From contig JAVRCV020000062.1 of NCBI GenBank assembly GCA_034530615.2, positions 1-64,000 on the forward strand: a stretch of 64,000 nucleotides of DNA, given 5' to 3'. Position numbers and translations under genes: made by a program. The notes under the pieces were generated by a model. The model made no database searches and was not told the origin of the DNA. It saw only the letters and a list, made by a program, of their open reading frames with translations. Within the stretch, counting starts at the first letter, position 1. The number at the start of each line of letters is the position of its first letter. Source of the DNA: Aulosira sp. ZfuVER01 (GTDB taxonomy: Bacteria > Cyanobacteriota > Cyanobacteriia > Cyanobacteriales > Nostocaceae). Shown here one piece after another: positions 41,398 through 50,613 of this stretch.

Positions 41398-42381
41398 ATG
41401 CCTACTGTTAACACCCAAACCGAAAACCTAAACACCAAATTCACGGCTGATATGGTGCGAACCTATCTGCGGGAAATTGGTCGTGTGCCACTTTTAACCC
41501 GTGAGCAAGAGATTGTTTTCGGGAAGCAGGTGCAACAAATGATGACGCTACTGGACGCTAAAGAGGCTTTGGCGAAAAAACTGCACCGCGAACCGAGTTT
41601 GTCAGAGTGGGCTGATAATGTTCGCCACTCAGAAACCGAGGTGAAACAGACAGTAGCCCAAGGTAAACGGGCAAAGCAAAAGATGATTGAAGCGAACCTA
41701 CGCTTAGTAGTCGCTATTGCGAAAAAATACCAAAAACGCAACATGGAGTTTCTGGATTTGATCCAAGAAGGAACTCTAGGATTAGAACGGGGTGTAGAAA
41801 AATTTGACCCAACAAGGGGATATAAGTTTTCTACATACGCTTACTGGTGGATTCGCCAAGCAATTACCAGAGCGATCGCGCAACAAGGGCGCACAATCCG
41901 TTTACCGATCCACATTACCGAGAAGCTGAACAAAATCAAGAAAGTACAGCGAGAACTGGCACAAAAATTAGGGCGATCGCCAAATCCAGCGGAAATTGCC
42001 CAAGAGCTAGAACTAGAGCCTTTGCAAATCCGCGAGTACTTAAATATGGCACGTCAGCCAGTTTCTTTAGATGTGCGAGTGGGTGACAACCAGGACACCG
42101 AGCTGCAAGAAATGCTAGAAGATGACGGCCCTTCACCAGAGTATTACACCACTCAGGAATTCTTGCGCCAAGACCTGAACACTCTGTTGGCAGAACTAAC
42201 TCCCCAACAGCGAGAGGTTTTAGCCCTACGTTTTGGTTTAGAAGATGGTAATGAAATGTCTTTGGCAAAAGTAGGAGAAAGATTAAATCTCAGCCGCGAA
42301 CGTGTCCGCCAGTTGGAGCATCAAGCTCTTGCTCATCTACGTCGTCGTCGTGCCAATGTCAAAGAGTATGTTGCCAGCTAA
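41398..42381 (+). CDS. sigB: Group 2 RNA polymerase sigma factor, SigB type
   Basis: [40 protein letters not shown] and SRERVRQ motifs; lacks region 1.1; N-terminus matches the SigB/SigB2 class. Confidence 0.85.
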   Translation: MPTVNTQTENLNTKFTADMVRTYLREIGRVPLLTREQEIVFGKQVQQMMTLLDAKEALAKKLHREPSLSEWADNVRHSETEVKQTVAQGKRAKQKMIEANLRLVVAIAKKYQKRNMEFLDLIQEGTLGLERGVEKFDPTRGYKFSTYAYWWIRQAITRAIAQQGRTIRLPIHITEKLNKIKKVQRELAQKLGRSPNPAEIAQELELEPLQIREYLNMARQPVSLDVRVGDNQDTELQEMLEDDGPSPEYYTTQEFLRQDLNTLLAELTPQQREVLALRFGLEDGNEMSLAKVGERLNLSRERVRQLEHQALAHLRRRRANVKEYVAS

Positions 42382-42409
42382 AAGCCAACTGCTTTTAATT
42401 AATAATGAA

Positions 42410-42438
42410 GCCCCCTGAAATCAGGGGGCAATTTTTTT
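42410..42438 (+). terminator. Intrinsic terminator of the sigma factor gene
   Basis: GCCCCCTGA-AA-TCAGGGGGC followed by a T run. Confidence 0.8.
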
Positions 42439-42444
42439 ATTAAT

Positions 42445-42530
42445 TGTTATTTGTCATTGGTCATTGGTCATTTCTTCCCTTACTCCCCACACTCCCCACA
42501 CTCCCTCATCCCCTCATCCCCTCATCCCGC
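42445..42530. repeat. Mixed STRR tract (TTGGTCA, CCCCACACT, CCCTCAT)
   Basis: Tandem short repeats between convergent genes. Confidence 0.75.
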
Positions 42531-43454
42531 CTAAGCCAGAGAATGTTGGTCAATTTTTGTGTCATGACCAGGAGCAAATTCTACTGTGCGGAATCCCAGC
42601 GCCGCCAGCAAGTTATTTTCTGGCAACTTGACAGGAGCAGGCTGTTCTCCATTTCCGGGGGAAGGTAGCGGATAAGCTGTTGATGCAGCAGTTGAAAAGC
42701 GGATATTTCCTTCTGAATGCTGAATGACTTGATGGATATGACCATTCAGCACAGTTACGGATGAGAACCGGGACAATAACGAAAGTGCCTGAGCCGAATC
42801 TGCTGTTGCCCAACCCCACTTGGGGTAAAGATCATAAAGGGGAATATGACTAAATATAACTAAAGGAGTGTCGCGTTTTTGTCCTGCCAGGTCTTTGGCT
42901 AGTAAGTCTAGTTGTGCTTGACCAAGTTTACCTTTTCCTGTTTCACCAAAATCAAGCACGTTGGTTAGGGATACAAAATGCACGCCAGAGAGATCCCACG
43001 ACTGCAATCCTTCTTTTGTATCCTTTTGGCTGAAGGCTTCAGAGTAAGCTTTACCGCGATCGCCTATGGTATCGTGTTCTCCTGGCAGTGTGAACAGTGG
43101 TGCTTTCAATTGTGAAAGTATTTGTTTAGCTTGATCGAACTCCGCAGGCTTAGAAAGGTGACTTATGTCACCTGTGTGCACTACAAATGCTGGTGGTGTT
43201 GGTAATGAATTGATCGCATTGATTGCCTTTTGAAGCGTTTCTGTAACGTGCTCATTTGCTGGCTTATGAAAACCAATGTGAGTATCGCTAATTTGTACGA
43301 ATGACAGCGAGGCGGAATTCAAGCGTTTTTTATCTGTAGTTTCACTGATATTGCATGAGCTTAATAAGCCATTGCCACCAACAGCCCACAAGATACCCAT
43401 ACCAGTCCAACCGACATGATTAATGAAGTTTCTACGTTTCATTTTTCCTCTCAT
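42531..43454 (-). CDS. Exported calcineurin-like metallophosphoesterase
   Basis: KRRNF Tat-like signal with LSSC lipobox; SDTH, TGD, PGEHD, SHIP and GHIH motifs. Confidence 0.88.
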   Translation of the reverse strand: MRGKMKRRNFINHVGWTGMGILWAVGGNGLLSSCNISETTDKKRLNSASLSFVQISDTHIGFHKPANEHVTETLQKAINAINSLPTPPAFVVHTGDISHLSKPAEFDQAKQILSQLKAPLFTLPGEHDTIGDRGKAYSEAFSQKDTKEGLQSWDLSGVHFVSLTNVLDFGETGKGKLGQAQLDLLAKDLAGQKRDTPLVIFSHIPLYDLYPKWGWATADSAQALSLLSRFSSVTVLNGHIHQVIQHSEGNIRFSTAASTAYPLPSPGNGEQPAPVKLPENNLLAALGFRTVEFAPGHDTKIDQHSLA

Positions 43455-43872
43455 TGCCTCCGGCTGAAGTTACAGTAACTGTCCCTTTCATGAAGGGATG
43501 AATGGCACAAATATAAGGAAAGGCTCCAGGCTTAGTGAAGGTATGCGTCCAAGCCTCTTCTGTATCAAGCGCTTTGGAATCAAAGGAACCATCTGTTGCT
43601 GTGACGGTGTGCGGTTCTTCATCGCTGTTGGCAAACTTTACGGTTTCGCCAACGTTAATTTTTAAAGTTGTCGGTTCAAATTTGAAATTGTAAATTTTGA
43701 CATTTGCATTTGCTTTTTGGGTACTTACTTTTTCTTGCTCCAGAGGTTGATTAGTTGTTACCTTTGGTTGATTAAGAGGCTTGGTAGATTGAGGGTTACA
43801 ACCATAGAGATGCAACAAAGTTACTAGCAATGCAGAAGCAAATGCTACTACTATGTATGAACGATATTTCAT
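43432..43872 (-). CDS. Cupredoxin (amicyanin/plastocyanin-like) lipoprotein
   Basis: Type-1 copper ligands PHTV..YICAIHPFM; LYGC lipobox-like; start uncertain (43872 or 43914). Confidence 0.88.
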   Translation of the reverse strand: MKYRSYIVVAFASALLVTLLHLYGCNPQSTKPLNQPKVTTNQPLEQEKVSTQKANANVKIYNFKFEPTTLKINVGETVKFANSDEEPHTVTATDGSFDSKALDTEEAWTHTFTKPGAFPYICAIHPFMKGTVTVTSAGGNERKNET

Positions 43873-43932
43873 AGCTGATAATTGAGTAAATAGAGTTAGC
43901 GATAATCGCGCCAAAGGCGCACTAATCTTTGG

Positions 43933-44223
43933 TTAATCGCCCACTTTTCTTGGCTTATAAAGTTGAGAAAATAGACCAGTCAGACTCAGACCAGTCACTA
44001 TTAAGCCGATTAATCCCAAGCCATGCAATATGGGATAAATTCCTGCCAGCCCAAAGATTTCGCCAGTATGAATTTTGAGAATAAATCCGGTTAACTCTGG
44101 TTGATGAAACCATTGGTCTGTTAATGTCATGCTGATACCAGTCACGATGGAAACAGTCAAAGGTAGAAAGATTGCGATCGCGATCGTGCGATGATATTTA
44201 CGAAAGGCTCGTTTCATTGGCAA
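43933..44223 (-). CDS. Small PepSY-associated TM-helix protein
   Basis: RKYHR..LPL..TG and IHTG motifs with two TM helices. Confidence 0.7.
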   Translation of the reverse strand: MPMKRAFRKYHRTIAIAIFLPLTVSIVTGISMTLTDQWFHQPELTGFILKIHTGEIFGLAGIYPILHGLGLIGLIVTGLSLTGLFSQLYKPRKVGD

Positions 44224-44310
44224 ACTCCTTTGAAAGAATTAGTAAAGAAAAGAAACCAAGCTTATCGACCAAATTCTTAATTTTCCAAAAGCCTTTTAAG
44301 AAATCGATTT

Positions 44311-44676
44311 TTAGTCTTCCTCAAGCATCGTCAGATACTCTTCAACGGCTCTGAGATAGCTTTTATCGGCTAGAGTCTGTTCGGGAAGTCGATTAGTCTT
44401 GACTGCACCCTGAACAATGCCTTTGGCGCTAATTCTCCCCAAGTGGTAAGCCGATATCAGGGAACTGTTACTAGGAATATCTTGGGCACGAAAGTAACCT
44501 CGATAAGCCAAATAAACGAGATCGAAAGGTGTTAACTGGCTGGTAGAGGCTTTTTCTGCCACATTAGGGTTGAATGTCGTTAATTGATGCTGCGATAAAG
44601 TTTGAGCGTTTACAGCAGGCGCGATGGCTGCGGACATAAACACAGCCGATAAACCAGCAATAATAAATTGTTTCAT
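44311..44676 (-). CDS. Secreted hypothetical protein
   Basis: Signal peptide ending VNA-Q; TPFDLVYLAYRGYF motif. Confidence 0.7.
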   Translation of the reverse strand: MKQFIIAGLSAVFMSAAIAPAVNAQTLSQHQLTTFNPNVAEKASTSQLTPFDLVYLAYRGYFRAQDIPSNSSLISAYHLGRISAKGIVQGAVKTNRLPEQTLADKSYLRAVEEYLTMLEED

Positions 44677-44790
44677 TGCTCAACTTCCTATTTAAATCGA
44701 GTAGGAGTTACGTATTGTATAGACAAGCTGTTAACTGAAACCTAGATATAACTTTCAGTTAACTCCATTTATTCATCTCTATCTTTAAAA

Positions 44791-44889
44791 ACGAATGTGC
44801 TTGTATTTTGGATTTAAATTGGATTGAAATTATTTGGTAGTATTTATTCAGGCAAGTTTGAGATAAATCCAATCTACTCCGGCAGTCGT
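44791..44889. promoter_or_regulatory. Pair of divergent ECF-type promoters TAAATCCAA-N13-TCGT
   Basis: Minus copy at 44791-44816 and plus copy at 44864-44889 have identical boxes and spacing. Confidence 0.7.
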
Positions 44890-44933
44890 CTTAATAGATA
44901 AAGGGAATTCCGTTATGTTTTGAGAAAGACGCT

Positions 44934-45587
44934 GTGAAACAAGCATTGGAAGCGACTCTGAAATTACCTGTTCAGATTGACGATCGAAAGCGTATGGAGC
45001 CTAGCTCTTTTAACGATCAGCCTCAAGCAGCTCCATCGCCTCTAACGGATGCAGAGCTATTTCAGGCACTTAAGACTAGGCAACCTTCGGCGTTGGCTAT
45101 TCTTTACGATCGCTACGGTAGTCTTGTCTATGGGGTAGCACTTAAAGTCTTAAAAAATTCTCAAGAAGCAGAAGACTTGACCCAAGAAATTTTTCTGGCT
45201 CTGTGGCGTAATCCTACCTACAATCTCGACTATAACTATTTCATCAGATATCTAATTACCATGACTCGCTCACGAGCGATCGACAAACTTCGCTCTCGTG
45301 GGAGAAACTTAAAACTCCTGGAACGCTGGGGTCAAACAGAACGGCAAGAAACAGACTCTTCTACTCCTTTTGAGCAGGCTTCCTATCAAGAGCGTTCCCA
45401 GCACGTTCGCTCTGCCTTAGCACAACTTCCCCAAGAACAACGTCAGGTATTAGAGATGGCTTACGATGAAGGACTCAGCCAATCGGAAATCACCCAAAAA
45501 CTAAATATCCCTTTAGGGACAGTCAAGACTCGAACCCGTCAGGGTCTGCTGAAACTGAGGCAAATCCTACAAGATTTAATAGGATAG
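44934..45587 (+). CDS. ECF sigma factor (SigK-like)
   Basis: EAEDLTQEIFLALW, RSRAIDKLR and IPLGTVKTRTRQG motifs; start could be ATG 44994. Confidence 0.9.
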   Translation: MKQALEATLKLPVQIDDRKRMEPSSFNDQPQAAPSPLTDAELFQALKTRQPSALAILYDRYGSLVYGVALKVLKNSQEAEDLTQEIFLALWRNPTYNLDYNYFIRYLITMTRSRAIDKLRSRGRNLKLLERWGQTERQETDSSTPFEQASYQERSQHVRSALAQLPQEQRQVLEMAYDEGLSQSEITQKLNIPLGTVKTRTRQGLLKLRQILQDLIG

Positions 45588-45594
45588 TTGCACT

Positions 45595-46317
45595 ATGAAT
45601 AAATCTTCAACTCCTGAGTACTTAGCAGAATTAGCAGCAGGTTATGTCGTAGGCGATTTCGACACCGAAGAAACTGAGGAATTTAAGCGACTGCTCGCAG
45701 AAAATCCGGAATTGCTCGCAGAGGTGAACCATCTACAGGAAGTAATGGGAGAGCTGGTTTATGGGCTAAATGAAGTAGAGCCTCCGCCACATCTTCGTTC
45801 AGCTATCCTCAAAGCTGCGGAAATTCCAGCTAACTCTACCCCAGTAGTCAAACGCTCTGCGTTGCCCTGGAGTAAAATTGTTGCCAGTATTGCTGCGCTG
45901 TTGGTTCTGGTTTTAGGCTGGGAAAATTATCGCTTGCGCCAAGATTTGAGTATTGCTAAAAATGTCACTACACTACTCGAAAGTTCTGAAACTCGTCTTT
46001 TCTCCCTGAGAGGCATGGACATAGCAAATACTGCCTCTGGCAGGATTATCATGAATCCTGAGCAACAAAAAATCGCTGTATTCATCCAGAATCTTCCTAC
46101 TCCGCCTGTAGGACGTGTTTATCGGCTCTGGGCAGTAGTTGACAATGAAAAGATACCTTGCGGACAGTTAAGCTCTCATCCACAGTTTATGGTTGTAGAT
46201 AAACTTTCTATTCCCCCCGACCTTTATTCGGATATATCAGGGTTAATTATTACTCTAGAATCATCCCCGACTAACTCCGAGCCTGTGGGACAGGTGGTGA
46301 TGAAAAGCATTCTTTAG
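45595..46317 (+). CDS. Anti-sigma factor, RskA family
   Basis: ELAAGYVVG, PPPHLRSAIL, single TM helix, YRLWA and ITLE motifs. Confidence 0.88.
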   Translation: MNKSSTPEYLAELAAGYVVGDFDTEETEEFKRLLAENPELLAEVNHLQEVMGELVYGLNEVEPPPHLRSAILKAAEIPANSTPVVKRSALPWSKIVASIAALLVLVLGWENYRLRQDLSIAKNVTTLLESSETRLFSLRGMDIANTASGRIIMNPEQQKIAVFIQNLPTPPVGRVYRLWAVVDNEKIPCGQLSSHPQFMVVDKLSIPPDLYSDISGLIITLESSPTNSEPVGQVVMKSIL

Positions 46318-46361
46318 ATATCTTATAGTCCTGCTACCCGATCGCAGTGATGCCCAATAGA

Positions 46362-46979
46362 CTACTTGGCGTTATTGATAATCAAGTTGGTCATGGTATC
46401 AATCAAGCGATCGCTTTCCATTGGTAAAATTTCCTTACCATGCATCACATCTTGAGTGATATGGAAATAAACCAACGATCCAAGCATAATCCTGGCTGTA
46501 GCCTCTGGGTCAGGTATATTAAGTTGTGGATGCGATGCCAAATATTGACTGAGGGTTTCGAGTACAGGCTTGGTCATTGCACGCACACAAATCTGCGCTA
46601 ACTCTGGAAAACGACCAGACTCCCCGATGATCACTCGCATAAAAGCCGAGTGTTCATGGTCTTTAACCATTAAATCTAAAGCTCTAGTTCCTAACTCGCG
46701 CAATACAACTTTTGGTTCTCCTTGGAGGGGTACTGTATCAAAAATTAAGTTGAACTTCTTGCGTGTCAGTTGTTCGATTAAGACTTTAAATAGCCCTTCT
46801 TTATCCTGAAAGTGGCTGTAGACTGTTGCTTTAGAAACACCCGCCGCTACCGCTACCTTATCCATGCTTGTGCCAGCATAGCCATGTTTGAGGAACTCCT
46901 GCATCGCTCCTTGCAGAATTTGTTCCACTTTATCAACGGAATTATCTCGATCTACTTCGTCAACTTTTATGCGTGCCAT
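46362..46979 (-). CDS. TetR/AcrR-family transcriptional regulator
   Basis: SMDKVAVAAGVSKATVYSHFQDKEGLF helix-turn-helix. Confidence 0.93.
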   Translation of the reverse strand: MARIKVDEVDRDNSVDKVEQILQGAMQEFLKHGYAGTSMDKVAVAAGVSKATVYSHFQDKEGLFKVLIEQLTRKKFNLIFDTVPLQGEPKVVLRELGTRALDLMVKDHEHSAFMRVIIGESGRFPELAQICVRAMTKPVLETLSQYLASHPQLNIPDPEATARIMLGSLVYFHITQDVMHGKEILPMESDRLIDTMTNLIINNAK

Positions 46980-47074
46980 TTATTAATTAACCGTTCTTAT
47001 AAACAATTTTATAGACAATTCCAAATACTCTACGCCATTTCGGTTTTGTGGGGAATGGAGGATGAGGAGGACAC

Positions 47075-47126
47075 TTGACTAAACTACTCAGTTTAGTTTA
47101 GCATAAATTGAACTGGACGGTTTAGT
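47075..47126 (+). promoter_or_regulatory. Promoter with tandem palindromic operators
   Basis: TTGACT -35 and TAGCAT -10; ACTAAACT-N4-AGTTTAGT (47078-47097) and degenerate ATTGAACT-N4-GGTTTAGT (47107-47126). Confidence 0.7.
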
Positions 47127-47155
47127 TTATAAAATCGCCAACAAAGGGGAATACT

Positions 47156-48463
47156 ATGGCGCAAAACTGGAATTTAGCAGGTTTTCGAGCTTCCCAAACT
47201 GTTTTTAAGTCACCTACCATCCTGGCAATCATTACAGCTTTGGTTACAGCAGGAGCTAGTGTTTACGCGGTAACTAAGTTTCAGACTGATTCTGGTAAGA
47301 AGCAAGAAGTAGGAACGCCTATTCAACCTGTGGTAAAAACTGTAACTGCGTTGGGGCGCTTAGAACCTAATGGTGAGGTGATTAAACTATCTGCACCAAC
47401 TACTAATGAAGGAAATCGAGTAGAGCAACTGTTGGTGAAAGAAGGCGATCGCGTTAAAGTTGGTCAGGTAATTGCGATAATGGATAGTCGCGATCGCTTA
47501 CAAGCGAGTTTGGGCGAAGCGCAAAGACAAGTGCAAGTAGCTAAATCCCGGTTAGCACAAGTAAAAGCGGGAGCAAAGCAAGGAGAAATTGCAGCGCGTC
47601 AAGCTACTGTCAACCGTCTGCAAGTTGAATTAGAAGGAAGTATCAAAACCCAGCAGGCGACAATTAATCGTTTAGAAGCAGAACTACAAGGACAACAACA
47701 AAGTTTACAAGCCACCGTAGCCCGTGTTGCCGCCGAAAAGCGTAACGCCCAAGCTGACGTGCAACGCTACGAGAGTTTATACAAAGAAGGGGCAATTTCC
47801 AATCAAGAAGTCGATCGCAGACGGCTGAGTGCGGAAACTTCTACCCAGCAATTTATTGAAAGTCAAGCCACCAAGACAAGAACTGTCGCCACACTAGAAC
47901 AGCAAATCAACGAAGCCAAAGCCAACCGCGATAAAACGATCGCAACTTTGCAACAGCAAATTAACGAAGCCAAAGCCACTCTCAATCAAACTGCGGAAGT
48001 TCGCCCTACAGATGTAGCCAACGCCCAAGCCGAAGTAGACAGCGCCCAAGCTAGTGTAGAGAAAATTCAAGCGCAATTAAATCAAGCATATATTCGCGCT
48101 CCCAAAACAGGACAAATTCTGAAGATTCATACACGTGCTGGGGAAACCGTTGGCAATGATGGGATTGTGGAATTAGGTCAAACCGACCAGATGTATGCGG
48201 TAGCAGAAGTATACCAAAGTGATATTAATAAAGTGCGGCCGGGGCAACGGGTAAGAGTAAGCAGTGATTCTCTCGCTGGTGAATTGCAAGGAAGCGTCGA
48301 TTGGATTGGGATGCAAGTACAACGGCAAAACGTGATTAACGCTGACCCCTCAAGCAATATTGACGCAAGAATTGTGGAAGTTCATGTCAAGCTCGATCGA
48401 GCATCCAGCGCCAAAGCAGCACAATTTACCAATTTGCAAGTTAAGGCGGTGATTGAGCAATGA
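47156..48463 (+). CDS. DevB-family (HlyD) membrane fusion protein
   Basis: VTALGRLEP, LLVKEGDRV, long coiled coil, AEVYQSDI and DARIVEV motifs. Confidence 0.9.
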   Translation: MAQNWNLAGFRASQTVFKSPTILAIITALVTAGASVYAVTKFQTDSGKKQEVGTPIQPVVKTVTALGRLEPNGEVIKLSAPTTNEGNRVEQLLVKEGDRVKVGQVIAIMDSRDRLQASLGEAQRQVQVAKSRLAQVKAGAKQGEIAARQATVNRLQVELEGSIKTQQATINRLEAELQGQQQSLQATVARVAAEKRNAQADVQRYESLYKEGAISNQEVDRRRLSAETSTQQFIESQATKTRTVATLEQQINEAKANRDKTIATLQQQINEAKATLNQTAEVRPTDVANAQAEVDSAQASVEKIQAQLNQAYIRAPKTGQILKIHTRAGETVGNDGIVELGQTDQMYAVAEVYQSDINKVRPGQRVRVSSDSLAGELQGSVDWIGMQVQRQNVINADPSSNIDARIVEVHVKLDRASSAKAAQFTNLQVKAVIEQ

Positions 48464-49638
48464 TTGGATTTATCTCTCAACTACAGCGCCGGACACCTCT
48501 TGGTTGGTTGCAACTGAATAAGCAAAGAAGTCGTTTTTTAGTAGCATTATCAGGCGTTGCTTTTGCAGATTTACTAATGTTCATGCAGCTTGGTTTTCAG
48601 TCAGCATTATTTGACAGCGCCACCAGACTGCATCAAGTATTACGTGCAGATGTAGTAATTATCAGTAACCAAGCCCGTAACATCTCCTTTATGTCTTCCT
48701 TTCCGAGAAGACGACTGTATCAGGCTGCCGATGTACCTGGTGTAAAATCGGCAGAAGCATTATATACCAACAACGTTACGTGGAAAAATCCCCAAACTCA
48801 CCGTGAGACAGGGATGCTAATTATCGGGTTTAATCCTGACCAGCCGGCGTTTAACTTACCAGAAGTTAACCGCCAATTATCGACAATTAAACTACCGGAT
48901 ACTGTTCTATTTGATGCTGCTTCTAGAGGAGATTACAAAGAAGCGATCGCTCAAGTGACTCAAGGTAAACCTGTCACCACAGAAATAGATCGGCGGACAA
49001 TTAGCATTAATGGCTTATTCTCAGTCGGAGCATCCTTTGGTGCTGACGGTAGCTTGATTACCAGTGACCAGAACTTTTTGCGACTATTTCCTAAACGACA
49101 AGCAAGTAGTGTCAGTATCGGTTTGATTCAGTTACAACCAGGCTATGACCCTAAGCAAGTAGCGAGTGCTTTAAAGTATCACCTACCTAAAGATGATATT
49201 AAAGTTCTCACCCACGAAGAATTTATTGCCTTTGAGAAATATTACTGGCAAACAAATACTGCGATCGGGTTTATCTTCACCTTAGGTGTATCGATGGGGT
49301 TTGTGGTGGGGGTAATTATCGTCTATCAAGTCCTTTCCACCGATGTTAATGCCCACATGAAAGAATACGCCACATTTAAAGCGATGGGGTATAACAATCT
49401 CTACTTGTTAGGTGTGGTGTTTGAAGAAGCTTTAATCCTAGCAATATTAGGGTTTATACCAGGGATGACAGTATCTTTAGGACTATATGCCTTGACCCGT
49501 GGCGCTACAAATTTACCACTGTATATGACCTTAGCACGAGCGATTCAAGTGCTGACGCTAACTTTTGTAATGTGTATGATTTCCGGCGCGATCGCAACTC
49601 GTAAAGTTCAATCTGCCGACCCTGCGGATATGTTTTAA
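48460..49638 (+). CDS. devC: DevC-family ABC permease (paralog; orthology to heterocyst devC not established)
   Basis: TPLGWLQL, FMQLGF, EYATFKAMGY and ADPADMF motifs. Confidence 0.88.
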   Translation: MIGFISQLQRRTPLGWLQLNKQRSRFLVALSGVAFADLLMFMQLGFQSALFDSATRLHQVLRADVVIISNQARNISFMSSFPRRRLYQAADVPGVKSAEALYTNNVTWKNPQTHRETGMLIIGFNPDQPAFNLPEVNRQLSTIKLPDTVLFDAASRGDYKEAIAQVTQGKPVTTEIDRRTISINGLFSVGASFGADGSLITSDQNFLRLFPKRQASSVSIGLIQLQPGYDPKQVASALKYHLPKDDIKVLTHEEFIAFEKYYWQTNTAIGFIFTLGVSMGFVVGVIIVYQVLSTDVNAHMKEYATFKAMGYNNLYLLGVVFEEALILAILGFIPGMTVSLGLYALTRGATNLPLYMTLARAIQVLTLTFVMCMISGAIATRKVQSADPADMF

Positions 49639-49663
49639 ATGTCATTTATCCTTTATAACTATT

Positions 49664-50365
49664 ATGAATAGCAAAGCAGTTATTTCCGTTCAAAATCTTG
49701 ACCATTACTTTGGTCAAGGTCAACTTAAAAAGCAAGTTTTATTTGATATCTCGTTAGAAATTAATGCTGGCGAAATTATTATTATGACCGGGCCATCGGG
49801 TTCTGGTAAAACAACTTTGCTAACTTTGGTAGGTGGGTTGCGTTCTGCTCAATCTGGTAGTTTGCAAATCTTGGGAAGAGAACTTTGCGGTGCGAATGCA
49901 GCACAACTAACCGAAGCACGGCGCAGTCACGGCTATATTTTCCAAGCACATAACCTGCATGGTAGTTTGACAGCAATTCAGAATGTGAGAATGGGATTAG
50001 AACTGCACAAGCAGATTTCACCGCAAGAAATGAAAACTCGTTCAGCCGAAATGCTTGAGCAAGTAGGATTAGGAAATCGCCTCAATTACTATCCTGATGA
50101 TTTATCAGGAGGACAAAAACAACGAGTTGCGATCGCGCGTGCTTTAGTCAGTCGTCCTCAAATTGTCTTAGCAGATGAACCAACAGCGGCGCTTGATAGT
50201 AAATCTGGTCGAGATGTAGTTAACCTCATGCAACAACTAGCCAAAGAGCAAGGTTGTACTATTCTGATGGTGACTCATGACAACCGGATTTTGGACATTG
50301 CCGATCGCATCGTTCACATGGAAGATGGTAAGTTAGCCAAGGATCTTGCTGTTGCCGCAGTTTAA
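49664..50365 (+). CDS. devA: DevA-family ABC ATP-binding protein (paralog)
   Basis: GPSGSGKTT, GYIFQAHNL, LSGGQKQR and VTHDNRILD motifs. Confidence 0.88.
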   Translation: MNSKAVISVQNLDHYFGQGQLKKQVLFDISLEINAGEIIIMTGPSGSGKTTLLTLVGGLRSAQSGSLQILGRELCGANAAQLTEARRSHGYIFQAHNLHGSLTAIQNVRMGLELHKQISPQEMKTRSAEMLEQVGLGNRLNYYPDDLSGGQKQRVAIARALVSRPQIVLADEPTAALDSKSGRDVVNLMQQLAKEQGCTILMVTHDNRILDIADRIVHMEDGKLAKDLAVAAV

Positions 50366-50613
50366 AATCAGCAATGCCGATTTTTTTAATGCAGAGGATT
50401 TGGTCGCTTGGTTACATAGAGTAGCAGCGTAAAATCAGCGATCGCATAGCAAATTGCTTTGCTTCGCTTGTGTTGACATTAGTGAGAGCGATCGCTATCT
50501 CTGCAATGATAGAAAACTTAAATAATTCCTCATTACTAATTATTTAGACCTTAGTCGAAACCGCTAGCAGCTTGACAGGTTGTAGAATTTGGGAATTGAG
50601 GAGGAAGGGTGAT

